Below are positions 37,950-50,624 of a stretch of 64,000 nt of DNA, one piece after another (positions within the stretch are counted from its first letter, which is position 1; every line of letters starts with the position of its first letter). The notes under the pieces were generated by a model. It made no database searches. It was given only the letters and a program-made list of their open reading frames with translations, and was not told the DNA's origin. Both the position numbers and the translations under genes were made by a program. Source of the DNA: Marsupella aquatica (taxonomy: Eukaryota > Plantae > Marchantiophyta); the NCBI GenBank assembly GCA_973895155.1, contig OZ316892.1:30386932-30450931 (forward strand), read 5' to 3'.

Positions 37950-38638
37950 GGGTATGATAGCCATGACAGAAAACAGAAAACAGAAAACCTGTTACCAGGG
38001 GTTTATTTTCTATTAACAGGGAAATTGTACCTGTTACCAGTAAGCTTGTCCCTATTACCAGTTTTGCCTGAACCAAAACGTGCATATCCACCACTCTAAG
38101 GTGCATATCCACCACTCTAATGGCATAATTTTTTGGGGGGCAATAAAGTTTAAAACAAACAATTATTTTGTGCCATCCGATGGATGAAGTGTACTATCAA
38201 TCCTCCATTGACACAACAATTTATTGTAGAAGATAAAAAACATGGTATTAGGAGTGTGCCTAAAGAAACATTCATGCAAATCAATCTATTTTCATCGCCA
38301 AATAGTGACCCTTAGAGTGGGACCCACCATAGCACATGTCAATCGTGGAGTCCAAATCAACCCAATCTAAAGGAGTTGATTAAATGGACCTTGTAACGTC
38401 ACAAACAAATGACAAATCACATCCTCGAGGCTTTGAAGACAGTAGACAATTTAATCAACTTACACATTTTAAATAAAACAAGAGGTCATTCTTCCACAAT
38501 GCACGTACATAATGAAGCAATGAATATCCGGTTTCCTAGAACCAGTGCCCGGTGCTAACCAACAAAGTCTCAATAAAACAACTAAAATATTCATTGGAAA
38601 AGACAAAATAGGGAATAACCGTTATATTGAACGACGAC

Positions 38639-41600
38639 CTATTGGGCAATTTCGATCTCTCTCATAAGCCATTCAAGTTCTGCCTCTCCAGCACCAGCCT
38701 GACTTCGCCTAAAGTCAAAATAGGTTGGCTACAAAGAGTCGACTCCTCAATCTCAAGTTTGAAAACATTTATGTACACCCAGTATAGATGTTTGCAAGGC
38801 ATGTACGACTTGCCACACGAATGTCGGAGGAAGAAGTCTTCACAAGAGCAAGCGGGGAAGATATAGATTTGGACGAAGTATGTGCTTGGTGATCAATGGT
38901 TCTCATGGGTTCGAATTCGAAATTGCTTTCCAAAAGCATTTCCGGTCTGAACATTCCATTCCCCATCCAAACTCATCACTTCTTGTTGTGCAGACTCCAT
39001 TCGCTTCGTGTGACCCATAGTGAGATTAGACCGAGGCCTTGAGTTCCTCCCATTCTGACTACCAAGTCGGAGATTCGGCTCCAAAAACCTTATTGTTTCT
39101 GGGAACACATTAACATTTATCCTGAGGTCAAAAGCAGATGGCACAGATTGACTCAATCCTGTTGTTCACGCTAAGACAAGTCCTTGCTCTTCCAGGAATG
39201 TAATTTCAGAAGGAGATAGGCTCGTACCCTTCAGAACAGGCAAAATGTCAGGAAAAGGAGGAAGCTTCTGAACACCACGACGCAGATGACTCTTGTAACA
39301 CGCTTGGTTTGGGCAAAACCAAATCATTTCGGAGATGGGTTCGCCCCTGAAGAGACGATGGCCCTTCACGACAATTCCGACAACACCTTCAGACAAATGG
39401 AAGCCAACCTTCTTGATACGATTTCGACACTCATCGCGATCCGAACTCCCATTCAGTGTACCATTGCATTGCGGACCTGCTCCATACTTTGATGTCTGTC
39501 ACAACTGCCACTGCCCCGGAGGGACATCCTTCTCTAGCACAATCGTGCGTGGAAGTTGATTCTGAAGTGCTGCTGGGGCACTGAGCGGAGGTTTTGAGGA
39601 TCTTGTTGTTCGGGTTGTTTGAGGAGTATAGTCCAGTGAATCAGTATCACTCTCTGATGTGACCATACCTGAGAGATTCACCGCCTTTGTGACAGGATGA
39701 TCAGAACTTGAGGGAATAGAAGAAAAGTCAGTTCTGTTCAGGTTCTTCCTTTTCAAACCACGAGTATTTGGTGTGGTTATTAGAACGGTGTCATGCCGAT
39801 GGGAATCTTGTGGAGAGACAATCCCAGTTGCATGTCCCTTCCTCTTCATTGACTTTGTCATTATATCTCCATTCAGGGGAGTACTTCTTTCCAAATCGAA
39901 TTCTGCTGCGTTAGATAGAAGCATATTAGTCGCTTCTTCAAACAATCTTGGCGAACCTGCTTGATCGGCGGAACGGAACGCCAATTCCCATATAGTTGGC
40001 CCCTTCCCCCAATTCAAGCCTTTACGGTATGCACTGTATCCGACAACTTGAGATAGAGCATGGTTTTGGTCAACTTCGCAAGCTTCATAAAGACCGACCT
40101 TTTTCTTTGTAGCCGAGGCTTTCATGGACGCATGCCTTGATTCTGACCCTGTATAGTTGGGGATCAAGGCACCTTCCTCAACGCTTTTGCTCTGCCATAC
40201 GAAAATGTCAACCGTAAGTAGTATTCTATTACCAGCGCCCGGCGCTGGCAACATAAATATGTAGAACAGGCCTGAAATACAATTTCAATGTTTAATACTG
40301 AATTCTAACTACATATTGGCTTCAATTTCTTGTACTACTTGTTTTGACGTGTATGGAGAAAATAACCAGCGCCTGGCGCTAATATGAAGTTGATGAACAT
40401 TACAATCTAGATAGATGGATGCCTTACCACTCGAATAAAATTGCCCCACTGGCGCTAGCGAACAACCCACCAAGATATCCAGCTTTGCAGCATCTTCAGC
40501 TTTCCGGGGACACAGTTTCCTGATTGCCACCACACAACAATCTCTCGGGACACCCGGTATGCTGACACAAATGATGGAGCATTTCTCAGTTTCTCCCAAA
40601 GTCTCCAATGCTCCGATTGACATTCTTCCAGTACTCCTTCCTTGGAATGACGATGAAAAGATTGATAAAAGTGAAATGCATCAGAGCGCTCCCTCTCCGG
40701 GTCCGGGTGTCCACCAAAAAAAACATTTCGCACTGCATTCCATCCAGCTTGTGCATTGTCGGCCATAAATCCTTGGATGACAACCTCCTGAAGTTCATTT
40801 TCTTTGCAAACCTCAATCATCACTCTCCATGCCTTTTCAAAAGACTCAGTGTCTTCACCTTTCAACTCGCATGTGAAAATTGTACACAGTGCACGGAAAT
40901 TGTGGTCGTAGATGTGTGCGCTGAAAGTAAACCAATCCGTGGTGACATGCTGCATCACATCGAAACTTACCCAGGCTCCTTCGAGTCTTCCACCCGGTTG
41001 CATCTGCCTCAAAAGATCCACACCGGAACCGTGACCTTTCACGGTCATTTTAAAGATGTGAGGCCTATCGTTTTGACATCCCTGACCTGGAAGCAAATAC
41101 CTCTGGAGAAACGACACATGAATCCTCCTCTGCATTTGCGAGAGAAAATCTAATTCACCTCGACCTTTTTGGTCTATCCTAACGCTCCGACAAAGAGATG
41201 CAAACTTCTGCGGAATGGAAAGGACCATCAGAGACTTCCATATTTCAGTTTCTTCGATATCGACCATGTCGTCAACATGTTCGCAGAGAGATTTCACTAA
41301 GGACCCTGTAGCAGAATTCAAGATCCCTGCCGGTTTTGACAGAGGATTGGCTTCATGTTTTTTTTTAATTAGATCCTCAGCTATCTTCTCCGCACTCCTA
41401 CAGAAGGTTTTTCTACCTGGATGGTTGTGCTCACCTATATGAATTGCCAGGCGGGACATATGACTACATGTTTCCGCATCAAGTAATACTTGGGGGTACA
41501 TGTAAAACAAACGGGCAGGGCAGTACTTCACACAAAAAGGAATCTGTTCGCAGTAATGACAAACAACACCTCCCTCTTTGATGAAAGATCCCACAGCATA

Positions 41601-42414
41601 CTGACCACTGAGCTTTGGAGTACCCTGCCATGCCTTAGCATTTGCCTTCTTCTTCCTTTGGAAATAGTTGCAGGACTTTGTTCCTGCATTCAATGAATCC
41701 CGTACAGGTAACCTTCCCAAACTGCCAAAGGTTTTTAGGATGAACAGTTGCAGTTGTTGGAAATATGCGTGTCCAAATGTAACAATCTTTGGCACGATCC
41801 ATGTCCCTAAGCCTAGAGCCTTTAGAGAGCATCTTATCAATGGGCGGCAACTCAAACACGACGTTACCATTGTACTTAGTTGGCAGACAGGACACTTGTT
41901 CATGCTTGAAATCACCCGTTGATATGAACCGTGACAACTCACTATGACCAGTTGATTTGAGTAACGTATCCATTGCACTGCGCCGGTACACAACCTCCAA
42001 CTGCTTAGAGCTTCCCAGAGTCTCAGCTTTCACGACAGCAGGGAGCGGGCTTTTCTTCTTTGACGATGGACTTAGAGTACGATCTCCATCCTCACTTGAA
42101 GAAATCTCAACCACATCACATGGAACCGGCGGGAAACTGGATAGTCCTGCATGCTGTCTTAAACGAACCGAGTACAAGATCCTTACGTAGAGATACCAAA
42201 ACCGTTCACCGTCATCGACATTGAACGTTGCAGCATCCTCGATATCATCAATGGATTCGAGCTCTCGAACAATGGCCTCAATGTCATTCATTTTCAAATC
42301 AAATCTCCCGCAGAGATACCTCTCCCGGACCTGCTTGTACGTATCTTCCATGGGGACGGGGATAGTCACAATATCTTCAGAACCGAATCGAGAAAGAACG
42401 ATAGACCGAGACAT
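38639..42414 (-). pseudogene. Mutator-type DDE transposase with Cys/His-rich N-terminus and C-terminal SWIM finger; frameshifted
   Basis: HIGEHNHP, WVSFDVM..FSAHIYD..CELKGEDTE..GFMADNAQAGWNAVRNVF..DAFHFYQS and SESRHASMK. A hand-translated C-terminus near 38760-38860 reads ACSCEDF..MPCKHLYWVY. Confidence 0.8.
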
Positions 42415-43377
42415 GGTGAACAAAAACAAAAACCGAGGGCTATAGCGTTTGAAAGAAGAAAAGTTCATGGTATTGTTCAGCTTATATCTGTCGAACCTGG
42501 GAATTTGACGTTAACCGATCCGTTTGTATACGACATAAAACATTGACGATGGAGGATCCGTTGGCACCATAAATGATTTTTGTTGTTTTTTCCCCGAGAA
42601 GTCCGGATGTCAGACACGAACATATTGCTAAAAAGATCACCAACCTTACTTAAATAGACCATAAGATATGACAAGGTATTGTCAAATTTTAGTAGCGCCT
42701 GGCGCTAACTAAAATACGCCACTAAAAATGTGTCTGAAATCTTGACATTCCAAACTAGCGCCCGGCGCTAGTATAGAATAAATTCCCTGAAAATGAACAT
42801 TATGACCACATACCAGGTGGTAATTGGGAATAAATGGTGCCTTCAAAGGATGGTTTTGATGGATTATGGATGATAAATGAACATTTATACTAGCGTCGGG
42901 CGCTAGTATTACATTTGAGAAATATTTCTCCGTAAACGATGTACTGAAGGATACTTTAATAAAATATGGGGGTGGAAAGGCCGAAATTTATGTCATAGCT
43001 CCTTCCAAAAGACCTCTAAATTTCTTCCAGTTTATACTAGCGTCGGGCGCTATTATAAGCATACTCTATATTGTTCATCTTGATGGTCATCTTTAATGCT
43101 AGCGCTCGGCGCTAGTATTGATATGATGTTAGGAAATGTCTTTAACGGTAACATTCAACGGTAACTTATGACTTCCGTGTGTGTTACGCATCTTCTACCG
43201 TTTGATTTTGGTAATTAAACCTTCCGTATACAGATGTTGGAAACCGCCAAACACCAGAGCTAATGGCTTTCCTCTAGGTTATGTCATCCTCCCGCTAGAA
43301 TATATTATACGTTCAGAGATGATTATAGTTCCATAATTTCATTGTACGATAGTTCATACACTTCTAGAAGGAAGACG

Positions 43378-46300
43378 ATGGAGGTATTCCCCTCTTCTTC
43401 CAAAGGGTATAGTGCGGTTCCTGACCAGGAGCGAGCTTATTCTGAATCTTCGCAGTCTTTGTTTACTGGTTTAGTCTATACACGTCGTGTAACTCGTTCC
43501 TCAAAGTTGTTGCCGCTCAATTCTGTCAGTGGTGTTTTGGGTCCAAATCCTTTGCGAAGAAAGATGGACAACGTAGACACACTGGCGATCCAAGGTGTTG
43601 CGGATTGCGCGCTTGCTGAGATTGATCTCATTTCAAAACATGTCATGTCTTTTGGAAAGGATTCTTGTGGATTTGACAAGGAGCCGCCTCGAATCCCTCT
43701 GTGTTGATTGGTTCACATGGAGGTGGTTCGTACTCTGCAGAAAGACAGCTCTTCCATCGAGAAGCTGAAAGACTCTTTTCGTAGTATGGGTTACAACTCT
43801 TCGATAGGGATGCGTTTCTATGTGCAGCCAACGGATGAGAACGGAATTGTTCTAACCTGTACCCAGGACATTCGTGATTCATGGGATCCAATATGGCAAT
43901 TGGAGAACGAGAAGTTTGAGGCTGAATGCGAGGCTGACCCGGATTTTCTCGTCTTGAAGGATAAGATGTTCTCTATATTCGATGGAAATCACAGGCTGTA
44001 CTCCTAGACGCTTGTAACAGAGGAGAACCCGGACAATCCAAAATATCATCCTCGTGTGCTCTGTACAATATTTAAAGGAGAGAAGGGATCTCTCATTGAA
44101 ATTGAGGCAGCTATGCACACCGTGAATCAGTAAGTTCTCATGATTTCCAGTTCTTTCCTTAAAACTTGCGAGTGCTGTATTTACTAGCGCTCGGCGCTGC
44201 TTATACATGAATTGTTTTTCATTGACTCTTACTCTCAACGTTTGTTCGTGTAGGCTTGGCCAAGCAGTTGTAGAGCCTTCCTGGATCCTGGATGCGGACA
44301 GAATCAAACGAATTCTGGCGCATGACCTTGAGTATTACAATAAACTGATTGACCCGGGTAATTTCAAGAAGTTTGAAAGCATTCAGCTGAAAACTCGGAA
44401 GGGGTCATGGTATACGAAGAAGATGCCACAAGAAGCACTTGTTTACATTCTTTTGTGAGAATAAGATAAAGTCGTACTCGCATCAATTCAAACTTGACAT
44501 GGAGGCAACGGAGGCTCAAGGGAGTCCATGGTCGGCGGATGAGATTTCAAAACGGCATGCGGCCATGATGAAAGACACAACCAAAGATTGGGCAGTGAAG
44601 TCTTCAAAAATTACGCCCTTATTAAGTCCTGAATTTGAAGATTTCCTCAGTACATGTGCAGAAATGTATGCTGTCACAGAGAGAAACAAGAGAGAGAAGA
44701 AGCCTGACACCGTTGTATGTACGATGGACCGCGCACGATTGTTCACCGCTGTTTCTGCTCTAGACCCAAAGTTACAAAGCACTTTACTTGTGGCACATTG
44801 CAATCCTGAGCTGCGGAGACAGTTTTTTCACCCAGCAAGTGTTAACGATGATCCAGTCAAACAGTGGTGTCACACTTGGATCACTTGGAATAGTGTGGAG
44901 GGAATTGCTGCTGGCATGTTACATTCATGTCTACGTGAAGTTGAGCAAACCATGCCCGCGAATAGATTGGAAGAGTGGAATTGTAGTTCGTTTGATGATC
45001 TAGTTCAGTTTGTTACAAATGAATTCCGTGATTTGGTGATTCACACTATGTGGCCTTCAAAGTACCCTAACAAAGAAGATTACACCCAGAGAAACCAGAA
45101 GCGAGCGAAGAGGTTTGTGTATAGGTTCTACATGCACATGGAGGTAACCAAACCTGATTACTTCTAGGCATATCCTGCAGCTTTTATGAAGTGGATTTCA
45201 ATAAGTGAAGATGATGCCTTGGCTAATTTGTACTCTATGTACCCCACGGAGGGCATATTTCCTCCGAGACCAATGACAGAATGGGAGAGAACTCACTGCC
45301 CCTGGTATCTAGATACAGATAGATGGGATTCTCCTTTTGATCAAAGGGAAAAAGATGCCTTCCATAAGCTTTCAAAGTCTCAGATGCCAGCAAAACTTGT
45401 GTCCGACATGAAGCAGGGTCTACTTGACGATGTAGACAAGTCTGCCACAAACTTGCAAACTATCTGTGAAACAACTGTTGTGCATGTGGACCGGAGTCGC
45501 AAACCTCGCGCGAAAGCCAAAGCGGAGCTAGCAGCACCAACCGAGTCTACTAAATCTGGAAAGAAGAGTAAGTATTGCTATCCATGATTTTGCCAGTGCC
45601 AGGCGCTGGCAAAAAATATTTTGTTGAGGGTTGTTCTCTTTCTTGGTTATTAGGCTTCGGTTGCGACTTAAGTGAATTGCATTTGGTTAGCGCCAGGCGC
45701 TAGCTTCTTTCAATACTTTAAAAGTACTTATTCTAACTACGACCTGGTTATATTTTAGGAGGGAGGAAGTCTAATACGGTGGGAACGGGAGATACAAAAA
45801 AGGATGCTACACCTGAAGTTTCCGAGGCAAACACGGGAGCTCGATCGGACCCCATTACTCCAGTCGACAAAGGGAAGGTTATAGTTCCTATCGACGCCAC
45901 GAGTACCAGGAAGAAACGAAAGAGAGTTGTCGAAGGTGGACAATCTTTAAGGGAGTGTTATAGCTTCTGGTTTCCAACGTGAAGTTGGAAACTTCAAAAC
46001 AACTGTGTCTCGCCATTGCATGGTTGAGACAAGCCTTTCTGAATTTTTTGACTCGACGTTCAACAAGGAGGAGAAGCCCGAGTGGGTTAGTGATGTGGAG
46101 AAATGGGGAAAAGACCTCGTTAAGTTGGGATTTATAGAGAAGGGAGTTGTTCGGGGGGGAAAAGTAAGATCGTTTGGAGTGGATGTCGGCTTCATTTACC
46201 TACCGACCGGGTTCAAACCATCTATCATTGATAAGAAGGTTCCTAAATGGAACATTCCAGATCACTCAATGGCTAGATCTTTTTTCAAATCCATGGATCC

Positions 46301-47033
46301 ATTTTTATCAGATGATGGGTTCCTTGTAATTCTACACAATGGGGAGTACGATCCCATGTCGCAAGTCATTGCTGCCTGTCAGGAGTCAAGGAAATTTCAG
46401 TGTATATGCTTGCATAATGTTGTGATGTCTGACCTGATATATGCGGCAAAGACAGACCGAGAGATGTTTACCCTCAAGCTCGACATATTTGGCCAAATTA
46501 ATGGGAAATGTAAAATTCCCAAAGACCCCAAATTTCGGCCGCTGTCCATCAGTGAGGACCCTTCGGTTACCAATTTGATTGGACTCTCTTCGCTCAAATC
46601 AGATCCATTCCCGCAACTGGAGTTTGCTGGAAATGCTCGTCTGTCTGTGGGTTTTATGCAATCTGTTATAGAGCTTGTCACACGGCCTCGTGATATTTTT
46701 ATGGATTGGACTGCTGGGGCTGGAAGCTCTTACATTGCTGGCGACTTCTCTGGACGATTTGTACTCGGGATAGAACACCGAAAAGAATTTATTGAAACCA
46801 CTTCAAAGGTTTTCATGGATTTGTTGTCTCCCAAAGAGATTGCAGTGTTACCTCCACCTGTTCCTACTGCCGACAGAAAAAAAAGAGATAAGCTTCGGTC
46901 GGTTCTCAATTTTGATTCTGATGATGAATCGAGTGAAGGTGGAGAGGAACAAGGTACAAGAAACTCCGAGGAGGAAAAGGGAGAGCGTCGTGCAGCTGCA
47001 GATGAAACCGATAGTGATGACTCTTCCGAGTAA
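43378..47033 (+). pseudogene. ParB-like + DNA methyltransferase-like fusion gene, copy D (multi-exon, several stops)
   Basis: RIPL..VVRTL..IEKLKDSFRSMGY..FSIFDGNHRLYS matches the ParB GxxR patch. C-terminal DVGFIYLPTG..FLSDDGFLVILH..FMQSVIELVTRPRDIFMDWTAGAGSSYIAG..GRFVLGIE has beta-class MTase order. Confidence 0.8.
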
Positions 47034-47719
47034 TGTTCATAAACTTGTAAGCTTCTTTCTCCATTCCCGTCAATTCATAACATTTCTTTTGTTGTTTTGG
47101 GGAAAGGCGCCTTACAAAATGGACTTTGTTATATCAGGTCAGAGTGGAATGCAAGGAGACGATTCAAACTGCGGAGGAAGATCGCGAGACACAACGTAGA
47201 AACACCGGAAAACCGTTTGTTCTTCCCTCCTATGCAGAGAAAGCCGCAAGGAAAGCAGAAAGTGCAAGGACACTTTGCTGGGAAAACAAAGGTCTTCAGT
47301 TACGAAGGGGTGTTGACCGAAAGTTCATTAAACATCCTTATGTTGATGACTTCTCCCGCAGCCAGTACGTAGATGATGAGGCTGTGTCCACGGACAGATC
47401 CCAGAGTACAGATTCTAGTTCCGACTCAGAATCTTTGGAACCGTGAGAAGTAGTGGGTAGTTGAGGCTAAATCTTTTAGCAGTGCCCGGCGCTTGTAACA
47501 TCTGTATTATTTCCCTTTGCTGAGGGTCCTTTTAAATTGTTGATTTCTCTCTACTTGTTGATTACTTTTGACTTCTGTTCTTTACAAGCGCCTGACGCTC
47601 GCCAAATGGAATCTCTAAATGGCTGTTTAGTCTTTGTCATTTCCTGTCAACGGTCATCGTCATTGGATACCAACTGCCATTTGGATTGTGTTCTTTAGTC
47701 AGTCGTCGGAAAGCCGTTG

Positions 47720-48100
47720 GGGACCATAGTTTCGGGACGATAATTCCATAGTTTAGGGACCGTGCGGAAGGGACGACTATAGTTTCAGTTTAGGTTTGTT
47801 CGGGACGACGAGAGTTGGGGACGTCGATAGTTGAGGACGACGATAGTTTTGGGAGGACGATAGAACGGGACGATAGAACGGGACAATAGAACGGGAGGGG
47901 AGACTTTGTTTTGGGAGGACGATAGAACGTGACAATAGAACGGGATGATAGTTTGTTTGGAAAGACTTTGTTTCGGGAAGATGATAGAATAGGACGTTAG
48001 AGCAGGGCGATAGAATGGGACGATACCTGTTACCAAGGCAAAGATAGTTTCGGGAGGCAATAGAACGGGACGATGATAGTTTGATGGTCGTTTCGGAACG
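47720..48100. repeat. Degenerate short-unit repeat tract (GGGACGATAGAAC / GATAGTTTCGGGA)
   Basis: More than 15 imperfect 13-20 bp units. Confidence 0.75.
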
Positions 48101-48231
48101 GTAGTGTATGCGGACCTTTATCTGGCGTCTTAGTCTTCGTGGACCTTTCTTTGACCTTTGTCGGCTATAGCACTCGCGGATGACGTTCTTATGGGAGGAG
48201 AGGTTACATATTAGATCGGGATCTTTGAAAC

Positions 48232-48693
48232 ATGGCGAGTCAGTATGAGCCAATGGATTGGGAGGCAGCTTTTTGTCCTTCTCATGTGCGTCCGGAAGAG
48301 AGCCATTTCAGCTCTTTTGAATCACGGATGGAGACTGAAGAAACTGAAACTTCCACTTTTCGGAACCGTCATGCTCTCTTGTATGATGAGGCTATTAGTC
48401 CTGGAGAGAAGAACATCCCTTGGATTGTCGATTCCCCTGCGCCTCCGTTCTCTAGTCGGTTTTTGTCTCACCTGGGAGTTCTTGTTGATGGGGTACTCCC
48501 AATCAATCGAAGAGTACAAGAAATGTTCGGGCGAGTTGATTTTAAGGACAGTAATATTCCTATTGAACATTTTACGAGGGCTGTTCATCGAGGACCTTCA
48601 GAGGGATACGTTCGTTTGCGTGGTCTCGGCTTCAAGAAAGATCGGCGGAGAGAAGCAACAGGAGTGGATGATGATTGCAACTCGGAAAGCTAG
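48232..48693 (+). CDS. Orphan 153-aa ORF within MULE D
   Basis: ATG-initiated ORF with protein-like composition, located after the repeat tract. No recognised domain. Confidence 0.35.
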   Translation: MASQYEPMDWEAAFCPSHVRPEESHFSSFESRMETEETETSTFRNRHALLYDEAISPGEKNIPWIVDSPAPPFSSRFLSHLGVLVDGVLPINRRVQEMFGRVDFKDSNIPIEHFTRAVHRGPSEGYVRLRGLGFKKDRRREATGVDDDCNSES

Positions 48694-49401
48694 ATGGAAA
48701 TTTTGTTTTGCTGATCGCTTTAAGCTAGCGCCGGGCGCTGCTAAAGTTTTCCGGATTTTGTGGCATTGAAGTCGACCTCAGCTCTGGCGTTAGGGTTTTC
48801 CCAGTTGTCTACTATTTAGGTTTTGGCTAGCGCCGGGCGCTATTGAAACGACAACGGATTTTGTGGGAGGGAATGGATCTTGACTATGTTGTCTGGGTTT
48901 GGACGCATCTTGTCTCCAAGAAATGACTAGTTTTCTAGTTAGTTTTTGGCTAGCGCCGAGCGCTGTTCATGTATTAGTCGAAAACCTCCGACGGTGTCGA
49001 CCGTGACTTCATGGATGGGATTTTTAGGCCAGATTGTTGATGTTGATAACTGCATTTTGTATCACTTAAGCTGAGCGCATTTTCTATTTTGCGATAATAT
49101 ATGCGAATGTTTTTTCCGGCCTTTCTTTTCTACTTGTATTTGTCTTGGATTTTGTGTATCTCAATTGGCAGCCGTCTTTTATGTTTCAAAAAATTGTTTC
49201 CGTGTTGTTCTTTTATTTATCACGAGGGCTTGGTGGTTTTGTTTTCTATTCTTGTACTTTCAAATGGAGATTTTGAGACCTTTTTTTAAGATCACTGTTC
49301 ACGACCATCCAAACACTGTTCACTAGTAACAGCTCCTTTTAACTGGTACCAGAATCTGTTTCCTGTTACTGTTATCTGTTTGCTGTCGTTTGTAAATTCC
49401 C

Positions 49402-50151
49402 CGTTGTGACATCCAAGACTGTATGGATAACCAAATGAACCCATACCATACTACCCCACCGCTCCGTCAACAACGCATAAATGGCAGCCTGTTGATCTCT
49501 GTCCGCTAAAACATTTATCATAGACCACTTTGGATGATTGATAAAAAGGTAGTGCTGAAGATTGAAGGCATGATACAATTTCCTGAGCATAGGCCATAGT
49601 ATTTCTGGAAAGAATGTATCATCCGTGGAGTGATGCGAAAATGAGGAAGGAAACAACCCACAATTCTCTGGATTCGCAAATGCCTTCATTGGAGTGTCAT
49701 CAAGAAGGAGTGTATTAGTTCCGTCGTATAATCCACCATAACGTTTCCAAACCACCCTCAAATCCTTCAAATGAATATTTGCCTTCCCATCGATAATATC
49801 AGGCCTCTGGATTCCAGTATCGAATGTATCTTCTTGTGTGAGAATAAACTTGAATTGCTCTCGCTCTTCTTGACTGAAGATCAAATGAATAATTTCATCC
49901 GTCCTGGGTTTCCTTGCACAAGTCCAAATGGCAACATCAAATAACGAAAAAGTTGCGATTAAGAACTCATGAAGATGGGGTCGCTCAACATACATAAAGT
50001 TAAACCCTCCACGTCTCCCCCAGTGGACACCCTTGACACTTGTTGCACTATGGCGCGGTCCGGAACTTGGCGTTTTGACAGAATCCCAACACATTTTGTT
50101 GAGGTCAAGAATCAATAGCTTTCGTCTGATCGGACCGTGAAGTGGAGGCAA
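49402..50151 (-). pseudogene. FCP1/NIF-like HAD phosphatase-domain gene of element B, N-terminal part
   Basis: RKLLILDLNK..ERPHLHEFL..FDVAIWTCA..HLKDLRVVW..NTLLLDDTPMKAFANP. Confidence 0.85.
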
Positions 50152-50529
50152 GGCTCATGCAAAGAAGGAACACCAATGTTAGAATTGTGGGAGATAAAAC
50201 AAAAGAATGCTCGAGACAATCTCGAGCATCACAAGTGAATGAACAACAGTCAATGTCATACCTATTGTTGGTTGAAGGTCAATAGTTGAAGAAATCTCAG
50301 GACATCTTTGGAGATTATTGTCGATGCACTCCACAACTGGTAAGGGCCCGCCTATTTCTGTGAAGGTAGACATAATAATTTAGACGGCTGAATTTCAGGA
50401 CTGTTCAAACTAACTTGGGTTTCAACCTCGCGTGCTAAAAGACCCAAATTCATCTAGAAGGTTATCTCCTAGTTGGTTTTGGATGTCCAAATTTATCCCT
50501 CCGGGAAGGGTCTCAACTTGGGTTTCAAC

Positions 50530-50624
50530 TCGATCTAGAAAGTATAGGAAGGATAAGTTCAAATTAGTGCTCAGACCAAACTGGCACTAATTTGAACTTA
50601 TCCTTCCTATACTTTCTAGATCGA
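50530..50624. repeat. Perfect 41-bp inverted duplication with 13-nt loop
   Basis: 50530-50570 is the reverse complement of 50584-50624. Confidence 0.9.

Larger units (their letters stand above)
37950..49401. mobile_element. Element D: ~11.45-kb Mutator-like element (MULE), complete ends
   Basis: 9-bp TSD CGCTGTGAC (37941-37949) / CGTTGTGAC (49402-49410). GGG termini with degenerate TIRs (GACAG.AAACAGA.AACAG..TG.TACCAG). Excision rejoins the FCP1-like frame (TVLDVT|ADEIPW). Confidence 0.88.
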
